DNA of 64,000 nt from a bacterium. Lineage in GTDB: Bacteria; UBA8248. Positions 1-9,030 of the stretch are shown piece after piece. Under the pieces are notes generated by a model that did no database searches, was not told where the DNA came from, and saw nothing but the letters and a program-made list of their open reading frames with translations. The position numbers and the translations under genes were made by a program. Each line of letters opens with the position of its first letter. Position 1 is the stretch's first letter. The stretch lies in NCBI GenBank assembly GCA_965203325.1, contig OZ241875.1, positions 4,032,001-4,096,000 of the forward strand, in the 5' to 3' direction.

Positions 1-1
1 T

Positions 2-223
2 GAGTCAGCGGCTGGCGCCGGCACGGTCTGGACCATTGGCGGCAATTCGGCGGCGCGGTCCGGCATCTGGGGCGGCACGATGTATGAAGAGACGCCGGGT
101 GATCCCAGTGCTACCGGACCCGGCGACGGCAGCAACATCCCGGACACGGTGACCGGAACCTTCTACTCCGAGTTCAGCACCATCGGCCGGATGGTCGGCG
201 CGTTCGGCGCGGAGAAGCAGTAG
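2..223 (+). CDS. 3' end (partial) of a TbpB-like / transferrin-binding-like surface protein
   Basis: Frame-2 translation ...TVWTIGG...VTGTFYSEFSTIGRMVGAFGAEKQ*, stop TAG 221-223; a C-terminal GAFGA strand is typical of TbpB-like beta-barrel surface lipoproteins. Confidence 0.55.
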   Translation, partial: ESAAGAGTVWTIGGNSAARSGIWGGTMYEETPGDPSATGPGDGSNIPDTVTGTFYSEFSTIGRMVGAFGAEKQ

Positions 224-340
224 CAGCGAAGAGCACGACGCCTACGGCTTCCGGGGCTTCACGGCCCCGGGGCCGGGGCGTGTTTCATAAGTTGAGAAGC
301 AGGAAAGGGCAGGTTGCCGGGAAAGAGCGAGTGACCCTTG

Positions 341-446
341 GGGGGTTACTCATTGGTTGCTCTACATCGTCGGGAGCAAATTGTACCGGCCCATGCTACA
401 GAGTTTGAGTCCTCTCGGTTTGGGACGGGAATAATGAGTAACCCCC
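341..446. repeat. 14-bp perfect inverted repeat pair, possible MITE/IS remnant
   Basis: GGGGGTTACTCATT (341-354) and AATGAGTAACCCCC (433-446). Confidence 0.45.
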
Positions 447-621
447 AGCCAGCTTTATATTATGTTGGTTGTAGGAGGGAATAAATCAAACGCTCCCGCA
501 TTGGTCGCGTTTGACCCCCATCCAGCTTAATACGCGGTTCGGGCGCGTTTGGCAAGCCCGGACAAATGGATGCAAAGAGGCGGCCCACGATAAGCGGGCC
601 GTCTTTTTTTGTTTCCGCACG

Positions 622-765
622 ACCCCCCCCTACCCCCTTGAGAGGAGTCAAACGCGAGTGATGAACGAGCGTTTGCATGAACCATTGACGAGAAACACAT
701 CGTCTTGCAAAACCTCCCTCTTCGGTCGGTTTTGACCCCTGTCAAGGGGGGGTAGGGGGGGTTGG
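622..765. repeat. REP/MITE-like palindromic element, family A
   Basis: CCCCCCCTACCCCCTTGA...TCAAGGGGGGGTAGGGGGGG arms; related copies at ~18768-18792, 39813-39923, and 49441-49521/50909-50947. Confidence 0.7.
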
Positions 766-813
766 TTTTCAGGGCGGGGGAGGGCGCGCCGAACGCGCCC
801 GCTCGCCGCTTCG

Positions 814-1233
814 CTATTTATTCTTCGAGTGGTCTTGAATCATTTCTCCTGGACTGCTTCTTAAATCAACATCCGGAACAATCTGCCGAGGCTTGAACGT
901 GATCCGGTGATGGAAGACGCTCACGTCCGCCGTGTCGAGTTGCTCCGCAAAATACGTCACATTATCGCTCAACCCCAAAAAATGTTTCTTGAAACTGTCG
1001 CTCCCCAGCTTGCATGTAACTTCGAGCTGGTTCTCCTGATCCTCAATCGAGCACCGCCCCTCGATTGTCAACATATAAGTATCCGTAATCCCGTTGTAGA
1101 ATACGATTCTCCGGTCGATCTCGAAATTGTCCGCCGACTTCGACAGATTATACGATGCGATATCCGCATCGTCCTGACACCCCGCTGCCAGAAACATCAA
1201 GAACATGGCAATGGCCAACCGCTTTATCCGCAT
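814..1233 (-). CDS. Lipoprotein of a phage-associated beta-sandwich family (mycobacteriophage gp64-like)
   Basis: Signal peptide with lipobox LAAGC; motifs ADIASYNLSKSADNFEIDRRIVFYNGIT and KKHFLGLSDNVTYF; ATG at 1233. Confidence 0.7.
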   Translation of the reverse strand: MRIKRLAIAMFLMFLAAGCQDDADIASYNLSKSADNFEIDRRIVFYNGITDTYMLTIEGRCSIEDQENQLEVTCKLGSDSFKKHFLGLSDNVTYFAEQLDTADVSVFHHRITFKPRQIVPDVDLRSSPGEMIQDHSKNK

Positions 1234-1807
1234 GGCGTCTTTTCCCCGATGGCGTTTTCCGCACATTTTCAGTTCCCTCCCTCATTTCTCTCCTCTGGTA
1301 ACGTATTGAATCCCCATGAAAAGAGGGGCCGCGCCTCGTCAAGCGTCCAGGCGCCGCGAACCCCCCTCCTCGGGGTTATCGAAAAAGTCCTTGCGGGTCG
1401 GTCGGGATTCTATTGCAGGCGGCGGTCCTTCCCCGGGACCGCCCCACGCATACATGCGGGTCTTGTCGTGGGTGAAAAAATCAGGGTCATCTGGAACTCT
1501 CGTGGACGCCCAGTATAAGAAGGTGTTCCGCGCGTCGTCAAACATCCGCGGGGCGGGGGCGCATTTCCCCGCATTTGCCGTACTCCGTGAAATCGCGTAC
1601 TCGGGTATCGTGCGCGCGAAGCGGGGAAACGGCGATCCCTGCTCGAACCATCGGGAGCGATCGCCCCGGGGAGAGGAGGCTTTCTGATGGAATCAGGCGA
1701 GGGGGCGAGGGTGGAAGCGGCGAATCCCCCAATGCCCTTGTCAGGGTTGTCGAAAAACCCTGAAACTCTGGATTTGTCGTATATAACCGACCGACGAGAG
1801 AGAAAAA

Positions 1808-1972
1808 TCACTCCCCCCTTGAGGGGGAGTCGAGGAAGCCGAGCGGTTTGTGCGAAGGCTGAATCGGTGGGGGGTAAAATGCGTCTTATCGCCACTCCGA
1901 ATTATACCCCCCACCGAATCGCTTTCGGGCTTTCGCCCTCAGCTCTTCGACTCCCCCTCAAGGGGGGAGTGA
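1808..1972. repeat. REP/MITE-like palindromic element, family B
   Basis: TCACTCCCCCCTTGAGGGGGAGTCG...CGACTCCCCCTCAAGGGGGGAGTGA terminal arms with inner CGGTGGGGGG/CCCCCCACCG; related at 46931-47094, ~47120-47140, ~40000-40020. Confidence 0.8.
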
Positions 1973-2295
1973 ACTTCAAAAGCGTGCGCTCAATCAAAAT
2001 TGCTCCACGGGACTTTTCCAACAGCCCCTCCTCCAAGGGGTTTTTTCCCGCCGAGGGCGGCGCGCATGGATGCGGGAACGAGGCGGGAAATGAAAATAAT
2101 GATATTTCCCGTAAAATACGATAAATACCGATAAATTCCTGAAAATGTTCGAGGCGGAAACTATCATGAGTATTTGCTTTGATTCAAAGATATGCCGGGA
2201 TATAATAAAGTATTACTTTAAGAAATTATCGAAATTTATCGAATTGAAAAAGTTTTTCTGAACCCCGCATTTGCCCGCAATTGCCCGCGCGGGCC

Positions 2296-2829
2296 TCACG
2301 CCTTCTCCAGCCACACGCCGTCCTCGCCGTCGACCTCACGCACCCGTACCCGGATGCGCTCGGCGAGCGCGGTGGGCACGTTCTTTCCGATGAAGTCGGG
2401 GCGGAAGGGGAGCTCGCGGTGGCCCCGGTCGATGAGGGCGGCGAGCCATATCTTGCGCGGGCGGCCCAGCTCCATCAGGGCGTCGATGGCCGCGCGCGCG
2501 GTCCTGCCCGTGAAGAACACGTCGTCGACGAGGAACACGCCGCGGCCCGTCAGGTCGAAATCGATGAGGGTGCGCTCGAAGCCGCGCCCCTCGGCGGGGT
2601 GGCCGCCGTCGTCGCGGTGGAGCCCGATGTCGAGCGCGCCCAGGGGCGGCGAGATGCCCTCCATCTCCTCGATGTGCCCCGCAAGCCGCCGCGCGAGCGG
2701 CTCGCCCCGGGTGAGCACCCCGATGAGGGCGACGTCCGCCGCCGCCGCGCACGCCTCCACCATCTCGGAGGCTATCCTCTTGAGCGAGAGTTCGAGTTCT
2801 GGCGCCGTCATGATGGCGATTCGCGTCAT
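2296..2829 (-). CDS. pyrR: PyrR-like uracil phosphoribosyltransferase (stand-alone paralog)
   Basis: LDIGLHRDD, PRPP-binding motif LVDDVFFTGRTARAA, DRGHRELPFRPDFIGKN. Confidence 0.9.
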   Translation of the reverse strand: MTRIAIMTAPELELSLKRIASEMVEACAAAADVALIGVLTRGEPLARRLAGHIEEMEGISPPLGALDIGLHRDDGGHPAEGRGFERTLIDFDLTGRGVFLVDDVFFTGRTARAAIDALMELGRPRKIWLAALIDRGHRELPFRPDFIGKNVPTALAERIRVRVREVDGEDGVWLEKA

Positions 2830-2895
2830 GGGGGTGTCCAGCGTCGGCGGAAAGCGGGTTCAGGCCATCCTAGCGCCGATGGGTCCGCGGATCAA

Positions 2896-4221
2896 TCAAT
2901 CGCCCGGGAGCGGAAAATGCCGCCGGGCGAAATCCCGGGCCTCCTCCTCCGTGGAGATGCGGCCTTCGAGTTGCTCGTCCTCTATCGCGGTGAGGATTTC
3001 TCCCAGCCCAGGCCCCGGCGGGTAGCCCATCGCCATGAGTTCGCGACCGTCGAGCAGGCGCGGCGGGCGCAAGCCTTCCGCGTGAATTTCCCGGAGTTTC
3101 CGCGTGCAGAATTCATGGGTCCGCAGGTTCTCGTGGCTGGCGAGGCAGTCGACGCGGTGGAGTTCGAGCAGTTCCTCGAAATACGGCTCGCGCAGGAAGC
3201 GCTTGAGGCGGCTCTCGCGCATTTTCTCGACGTGCATGAAGCGCATGTGGTTCGCGACCAGATCGCGGATTCTCGACCCCTGCGCGTTGGGCATGCGGAG
3301 CCTCCCGCAGACCTCTTCGCTCATCGCCGCGCCGACCTTGTCGTGCCCGTTGAAGCGGATCCTGTCCGTCTCGATATATGTAGCCGGTTTCCCCACGTCG
3401 TGGAGCAGTATCCCCCAGGCGAGCGTCGGCGAGGCGGAGCGTTTCTTGATACGCAGCATGGCGAGCACGTGCGTCCACACGTCGCCTTCGGGGTGAAATT
3501 CCGGCGGCTGCGCCACGCCCTTCATGGCGGCGACTTCGGGCAGGACGTGTTCCAGGAGGCCCGTGGAACCCAAGGCGGCGAAAGCGGCGTCGGCGTTTTC
3601 CCCGGTCAGTATCGCCGTCAGTTCGTCGCGTATTCTCTCGGGGCTGATTTTCCCGATGCGCCCCGCACCCGCTTTGATGGCGGCGGCGGTCGCCGGCTCG
3701 ATCGCGAAGCCGAACCTCGCCGAGAAGCGAGCCGCCCGCATCATCCGCAGGTGGTCTTCGCCGAACCTCAAGCCCGGCTCGCCGATGGCCCGGATGATTC
3801 CCTCGTCCATATCGCGCCGGCCGCCCACGTAATCAAGGAGTTGGTCGTTCGATACGTCGTAAAACATCCCGTTGATGGTGAAATCGCGCCGGTTCGCGTC
3901 GCCTTTTTCATCGGAGGGACGAACCGAGTCGGGGCGCCTCCCGTCGCCGTAGGGGCCGTCTTCGCGGAACTGCGCCACCTCGAACTCCCGGTCATCCACC
4001 CGCACGCGCACCACGCCGAACTGCGCCCCCACTGCGACGGTTTTCTCGAAGAGGCCCCCCACGGCTTCGGGCGCCGCGTCCGTGGCGATGTCCCAGTCCT
4101 TCGGCTCATGGCCGAGCAGGGCGTCCCGCACGCACCCGCCCGCCAGGAGCGCCCGGTGGCCCGAGTCTTCCAGCGTCTTGATAATGCGAATCGCCGCTTC
4201 GGGCGGCCGTATGTTCAACAT
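2896..4221 (-). CDS. cca: CCA tRNA nucleotidyltransferase / poly(A) polymerase family with HD domain
   Basis: GGCVRD...DWDIAT, RRDFTING, EDHLRMMRAARF, HPEGDVWTH...LLHDVGKP; start taken at MLNIRP (ATG 4221). Confidence 0.9.
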   Translation of the reverse strand: MLNIRPPEAAIRIIKTLEDSGHRALLAGGCVRDALLGHEPKDWDIATDAAPEAVGGLFEKTVAVGAQFGVVRVRVDDREFEVAQFREDGPYGDGRRPDSVRPSDEKGDANRRDFTINGMFYDVSNDQLLDYVGGRRDMDEGIIRAIGEPGLRFGEDHLRMMRAARFSARFGFAIEPATAAAIKAGAGRIGKISPERIRDELTAILTGENADAAFAALGSTGLLEHVLPEVAAMKGVAQPPEFHPEGDVWTHVLAMLRIKKRSASPTLAWGILLHDVGKPATYIETDRIRFNGHDKVGAAMSEEVCGRLRMPNAQGSRIRDLVANHMRFMHVEKMRESRLKRFLREPYFEELLELHRVDCLASHENLRTHEFCTRKLREIHAEGLRPPRLLDGRELMAMGYPPGPGLGEILTAIEDEQLEGRISTEEEARDFARRHFPLPGD

Positions 4222-4358
4222 CGTCACCCCGCCGTGGTTGAAATGACCGAACCTCGATACTACGATAGGCCCAATTCCGGGTGCGGGCAAACCCTCGTTC
4301 GGGGAGCCGCCCGCCCGTTTCAGAGCCGCCCGCCCGCGCGTTGATTGCTGGAGGAGCA

Positions 4359-5375
4359 ATGGCGTCCCGTTTCGCGAGAATACTCGTTTTTTGCGTCGTT
4401 ATCCCGGCGTCGGTGAACCTCGCTCATGGCGCGCCCCTGGACGAGAAATCGATCGATCTCGGGCTCGAACAGGTCGCCGCGGGCGATTATTCCGCGGCGT
4501 CTGATGCGTTCGACCGGGTGATAGCGTCCGCGCCCGGGCGGCCCGAGGGATATTTTTTCAAGGCGTCCGTTTTCCACATCCTGAAAGGCCATATTCGGCG
4601 CAAAGAGTATCAGGAGATCTGGCGGGAAAACGCCGAGAAGGCGATGGCCCTCTCCGAGGCGTTGCTTGAGAAAAACCCCGAAGACACGAGAGCGCTCCTC
4701 CTCGCCGGCCTGACGGAGGGCATGCGCATCGTCGATGCGCTCGACAGCAGCAGCTATCTCACCGCGTTCCTGCGGGCCGGCGCTATGCAGAATCATCTCG
4801 AAAAAGCGGTCGAACTGGAGCCGAAACTCTATGACGCCTACTACGGGCTGGGGGTTTACCACATCCGGGGAAGCACCGAGAGTTGGGTGAGGATGTTCCG
4901 GTTCTTCATCGGCGATACGAGTGCGAAGGGCCGAAAGTATCTGCGCCGCGCGGTGGACGGGAAAGGCTGGATATCCAACTCGGCGCGGCTGGCCCTCATC
5001 TGGGCGCAGTTGCGGGCGGAGAAATTCCAGGAGGCGAGAGGGGACGTCGAATTCCTGCGTGCGCGCTATCCCAAAAACGTCTTGTACGAGGTCGCCCATG
5101 CGGAGAGCTTTTTCATCGCCGAGGATTACCCGCGTGCGCGGGCGGAATATGTGAAACTGCTGTCCCGGTTGAAGGAGCCGGAAGACGAGATTTTGAGCCT
5201 GTACCGCGAATTTTCAAAATGGCGGGTGATGCGTTGCGATTACGCATCCGGCAAACACCAGGACGTGGAGGAGGAAACCAGGGAGTTGCTCACCGAAAAA
5301 CACATGTACGCCTCCCTGATGGAGCAGATTCGTCTGGAACTGGAATCCGCGGCCGGCGTGTTGAAAGAGAAATGA
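4359..5375 (+). CDS. Exported tetratricopeptide-repeat protein
   Basis: RBS GGAGGAG before ATG 4359; signal peptide; TPR-like helices (LEKAVELEPKLYDAYYGLGVY). Confidence 0.75.
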   Translation: MASRFARILVFCVVIPASVNLAHGAPLDEKSIDLGLEQVAAGDYSAASDAFDRVIASAPGRPEGYFFKASVFHILKGHIRRKEYQEIWRENAEKAMALSEALLEKNPEDTRALLLAGLTEGMRIVDALDSSSYLTAFLRAGAMQNHLEKAVELEPKLYDAYYGLGVYHIRGSTESWVRMFRFFIGDTSAKGRKYLRRAVDGKGWISNSARLALIWAQLRAEKFQEARGDVEFLRARYPKNVLYEVAHAESFFIAEDYPRARAEYVKLLSRLKEPEDEILSLYREFSKWRVMRCDYASGKHQDVEEETRELLTEKHMYASLMEQIRLELESAAGVLKEK

Positions 5376-6226
5376 TGCGCTATTCGAGAGTGCGGGGCGG
5401 CCTGGTTGGTTTCCTGGTCATTTTCGCGATCTCCCTGCATGCGGGTTTCGCGTGGTCCGCTCCCGTCAGCGTGGACCTGGAACTCGTCCTGGCCGTAGAC
5501 GTTTCCGGCAGCGTGGACGAGGAGGAGGGGAGGCTCCAGCGGATGGGATACGTGAACGCCTTTCGCTCCCCTGCTGTTTTGCGCGCCATCCAATCCGGCA
5601 GGCGCAAAAGCATTGCGGTCACCTACATGGAGTGGGCGGGCTTCGATTTTCAGAGAATTATCGTGGGCTGGAAGCGGATTCACGACGGCGCGAGCGCCGA
5701 GGCGTTCGCTTACCTGCTCTCCCAGGCGCCGATAGGGGTGGGGCCCTACACGTCGATAAGCGGCGCGATAGAATTCGCGCTGCCGCTGTTCGAGAACAAC
5801 GGATTCACGAGCGAGCGCCGCACCATCGACATTTCCGGGGACGGGCCGAACAACAGCGGGGACTACGTGACGAATGCGCGGGACAGGGCGCTACGGGCCG
5901 GCGTGACGATAAACGGGCTTCCCATCGTGAACAACCGGCCGAGTCCCTGGGGAAGGAAGCCGATGCCGAACCTGGATTTGTACTACAGGAAATGCGTCAT
6001 CGGGGGCAGACGCTCTTTCCTGGTGGTCGCGAATGACTTCAAGTCTTTCGGTCGCGCCATCCGCAGGAAACTGATTCTGGAGATTGTCGGCCTGCCGGGG
6101 AGGGAGGGGCGGCAACAGGCGCATGACCGGCGCCAGCCGAAGGAAGGCCCTGTTCTGGTGTCGAGGGCCGCCCCGCCGTGTGACGCCGGCGAGAAGCGGC
6201 GCAGAAGCTGGACGGATGAGTATTAA
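5372..6226 (+). CDS. DUF1194 (vWA-fold) exported protein
   Basis: VDLELVLAVDVSGSVD, TIDISGDGPNN, YYRKCVIGG, RRKLILEI; ATGA overlap with upstream stop. Confidence 0.85.
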   Translation: MMRYSRVRGGLVGFLVIFAISLHAGFAWSAPVSVDLELVLAVDVSGSVDEEEGRLQRMGYVNAFRSPAVLRAIQSGRRKSIAVTYMEWAGFDFQRIIVGWKRIHDGASAEAFAYLLSQAPIGVGPYTSISGAIEFALPLFENNGFTSERRTIDISGDGPNNSGDYVTNARDRALRAGVTINGLPIVNNRPSPWGRKPMPNLDLYYRKCVIGGRRSFLVVANDFKSFGRAIRRKLILEIVGLPGREGRQQAHDRRQPKEGPVLVSRAAPPCDAGEKRRRSWTDEY

Positions 6227-6320
6227 ATTTTCACGTATGCCTGATAAAGTATGAGGCGGGATATTCCAATCGTTCGATAATTTTCGGACTGTTTCTCAAA
6301 ACCGAGGAGTGAAAATTCTG

Positions 6321-7295
6321 ATGAAAGCGGTGCGCGTACATGAATTCAACATGGATGTCCCCATGCGGGTGGACGAGGTGGTAGACGCACGGCCTGCGCC
6401 CGGCGAGGTGCTGATAAAAGCCGGCGCAGTCGGCGTGAACCCGGTGGATTTGGCGATACGGGCCGCCAAGCACCCTTACGCCAAGCTGGTGACGCCCCCT
6501 TATGTTCCGGGCGCCGAGGCGGCGGGAGAGATCATCGCCCTGGGCGAGGGCGTGGAGGGTTGGCGTATCGGGCAGCGGGTGTATGGCCGCGCCATGGGCG
6601 GAAGCTACGCCGAGAACGTACGGCTCGTCGCCGACGCCACGGCGGAACTGCCCGAAGCCTACTCATACGAAGAAGGCGCCTGCATTACGGTGGCGTTCTA
6701 CACGGCCTGGAACGCGCTCGTCATCAAGGCGCAGGCGGGACCCGGTGAGACGGTGCTGGTGCAGGGCGGCGCCGGAGGCGTCGGGATGGCGGCGATTCAA
6801 CTCGCCAAGCGGCTGGGTTGCCGCGTTTTCGCGACGGTGAGTTCCGATGCGAAGGCGAAGTTCTGCAAGGAGATGGGCGCGGACGAGACGATCAACTACC
6901 GCGAGGAGGATTTCGCCGAGCGCTGCATGGAACTCACCGGCGGACGCGGCGTCGACGTCGTCGTCGAGCTTTGCGCCTGCGATAATTTCGACAAGGATTT
7001 GGACGCCATCCGCGTGGACGGGAAAATCATCGTCATCGGTACGGGCACGGGCAAGGGGCCGGGCGCAGAATTCCGGGTGCCCGCGGTCATGACGAAAGAC
7101 GCCGTGGTGCTGGGGCTGGCCGTGGTGAATCTGTTTCCGAAAATGCCGGAGCTGGTGCGCCGCTTCACGCCCCTGCTGCGCGAGGGCGCGTTCCGGATCA
7201 ACGTCGATAAGGCGTCGAGTTTCGAAGAAGCGAACGAGGCGCATGATTACGTTCTGGAGGGTCAGTTTCTGGGCAAGGTCGTCCTGGTCCCGTAG
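6321..7295 (+). CDS. NADPH:quinone reductase (MDR/zeta-crystallin family), copy 1
   Basis: GVNPVD, PGAEAAGE, VLVQGGAGGVGMAAIQLAK, GRGVDVV. Confidence 0.9.
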   Translation: MKAVRVHEFNMDVPMRVDEVVDARPAPGEVLIKAGAVGVNPVDLAIRAAKHPYAKLVTPPYVPGAEAAGEIIALGEGVEGWRIGQRVYGRAMGGSYAENVRLVADATAELPEAYSYEEGACITVAFYTAWNALVIKAQAGPGETVLVQGGAGGVGMAAIQLAKRLGCRVFATVSSDAKAKFCKEMGADETINYREEDFAERCMELTGGRGVDVVVELCACDNFDKDLDAIRVDGKIIVIGTGTGKGPGAEFRVPAVMTKDAVVLGLAVVNLFPKMPELVRRFTPLLREGAFRINVDKASSFEEANEAHDYVLEGQFLGKVVLVP

Positions 7296-7325
7296 CTGCA
7301 GGTCGAGGCGCGAAAGGAGAACGCG

Positions 7326-8300
7326 ATGAAAGCGGTACGAGTAACGCGGTTCGGGCTCGAGCATCCCATGGAGTTGGAGGAGGTGCCAGAGCCAGAGCCC
7401 GGGCCGGGAGAGATGCTGGTGCGGATAGCGGCGGCCGGGGTGAACCCTCTGGAAGTCGCCATTCGCTCGGGCGATCATCCGCGCGCGGGGGCGATGGCGC
7501 TGCCTTATACCTGCGGCACGGACGTCGCGGGCGAGGTGGAAGCGGTGGGCGAAGGCGTCGAGGCGTTTGCGCCGGGCGACCGGGTGTGGGGTCGCGCCTC
7601 CACCGGGGCGTACGCCGAGAAAGGGCTGCTGCCCGCCAGTTCTACGGGCAGGTTGCCGGATGCGATGTCTTCTGCGGAAGGCGCCGCGCTGCCCATCCCG
7701 CTCCTTACGGCCTGGAACGCCCTGATCGTGAAGGGAGAGGCGGCTCCGGGCGATTGCGTGCTCGTGCAGGGGGGAGCCGGCGGGGTGGGCTATCTGGCGA
7801 TCCAGCTCGCACGCACGTTAGGCTGCCGGGTGTTCACGACGGTGAGTTCCAGGGAAAAGGGGGATTTCTGTCTTGCGGGGGGCGCCGAGGCGGCCATCAA
7901 CTACCGCGACGAAGACGTACCCGAGCGCGTGATGGAACTCACTTCCGGCCGAGGCGTCGACGTCGTCGTTGAGAATGTAGGTTGTGATAATCTGCCTTCG
8001 GATCTCAAGCTCAACGCCGTCAACGGCCGGATCGTCATCGTCGGAACGGGGACGGGCAAAGGCCCGGAGGTGACGATTCCGCTGCCTGCGGCCATGGGCC
8101 GGGACGCCCGGATTCTGGCGATCTCTTCGGGCAATCTGAATCCTCTCGTGCCGGGCATATTGAGGCGTCTGGCTCCCTTGCTGGAAAGCGGCGCCATCAA
8201 GCCTCACATCGGGCGGGAACTGCCCTTGGAGCAGGCGAATGAATCGCACGAGGTTCTTTTGAGCGGAAAATTCCTGGGCAAAATCAATTTGGCGCCCTAG
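7326..8300 (+). CDS. NADPH:quinone reductase (MDR family), tandem copy 2
   Basis: GVNPLE, VLVQGGAGGVGYLAIQLAR; same length as copy 1 and shares GTGTGKGP. Confidence 0.9.
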   Translation: MKAVRVTRFGLEHPMELEEVPEPEPGPGEMLVRIAAAGVNPLEVAIRSGDHPRAGAMALPYTCGTDVAGEVEAVGEGVEAFAPGDRVWGRASTGAYAEKGLLPASSTGRLPDAMSSAEGAALPIPLLTAWNALIVKGEAAPGDCVLVQGGAGGVGYLAIQLARTLGCRVFTTVSSREKGDFCLAGGAEAAINYRDEDVPERVMELTSGRGVDVVVENVGCDNLPSDLKLNAVNGRIVIVGTGTGKGPEVTIPLPAAMGRDARILAISSGNLNPLVPGILRRLAPLLESGAIKPHIGRELPLEQANESHEVLLSGKFLGKINLAP

Positions 8301-8336
8301 AGAGGAATCCCCGCATTTTGAGGAGGTGGATGAGAG

Positions 8337-9026
8337 ATGCTCCGGCTGGGTGATCATGAAATCGACCTGTGTTTGTTCGACGCCTACGGCACGCTGTTCG
8401 ATGTAACCGCTGCGGCGGCGGAAAAACAATCGGAGCTTGGCGATCAGTGGCAGGCGCTCTCCTCGCTCTGGCGGACCAAGCAGATTGAATACACATGGCT
8501 GAGAAGCCTGATGGGCAATCACGCGGATTTCTGGCGGGTAACGGGCGATGCGCTCGATTTCGCCATGGATACGCTGGGAATGAGTGATCCACGCCTTCGC
8601 GAAGAACTCATGATGCTCTACAAACGATTGAGCGCGTATCCCGAGGTGAAGGGCGTGCTCGCAAAGCTGCGGGAAGACGGGGTGCGGGCCGCGATTCTCT
8701 CCAACGGTTCACCTGAAATGCTGGGTAGCGCGGTAAAAAACGCCGGAATCGAAGAATATCTCGAAAACGTTCTATCCGTGGAGAGTGCCGGGATATTCAA
8801 GGTGCACCCGTCGGTCTATCAACTGGCGGTGGATCGGCTCGGCGTTCCCGCCGACAGGATTTGTTTTTTCTCATCGAACGGCTGGGATATCGCGGGCGCC
8901 TCGTATTTCGGGTACCGCGTCGTCTGGGTCAATCGTTTCGGGCAGAAAAAAGAGCGCGTCCCGCATGAAATCGACGCGGAAATCACCTCGCTCGATGAAC
9001 TGGAAAAGATATTGATCCAGAAGTGA
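8337..9026 (+). CDS. Haloacid dehalogenase type II
   Basis: FDAYGTLFDV, WRTKQIEYTWLR, ILSNGS, FKVHPSVY, SSNGWD. Confidence 0.92.
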   Translation: MLRLGDHEIDLCLFDAYGTLFDVTAAAAEKQSELGDQWQALSSLWRTKQIEYTWLRSLMGNHADFWRVTGDALDFAMDTLGMSDPRLREELMMLYKRLSAYPEVKGVLAKLREDGVRAAILSNGSPEMLGSAVKNAGIEEYLENVLSVESAGIFKVHPSVYQLAVDRLGVPADRICFFSSNGWDIAGASYFGYRVVWVNRFGQKKERVPHEIDAEITSLDELEKILIQK

Positions 9027-9030
9027 TGCC

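Noticed and set aside
445..472. TTATATTATGTTGG as a dif site
   Set aside because: Only part of a XerD-like arm matches and there is no XerC arm.
1316..1763. Short ORFs, including NTFLYWAS faintly resembling an ankyrin repeat
   Set aside because: Similarity too weak, no RBS or coherent frame, and the region is overlapped by repeat ends.
2281..4344. Long antisense or alternative-frame ORFs (also 29301-31826, 33689-35200, 35738-37834, 49670-51031)
   Set aside because: Shadow ORFs of well-supported genes, expected in high-GC DNA; no recognisable motifs.
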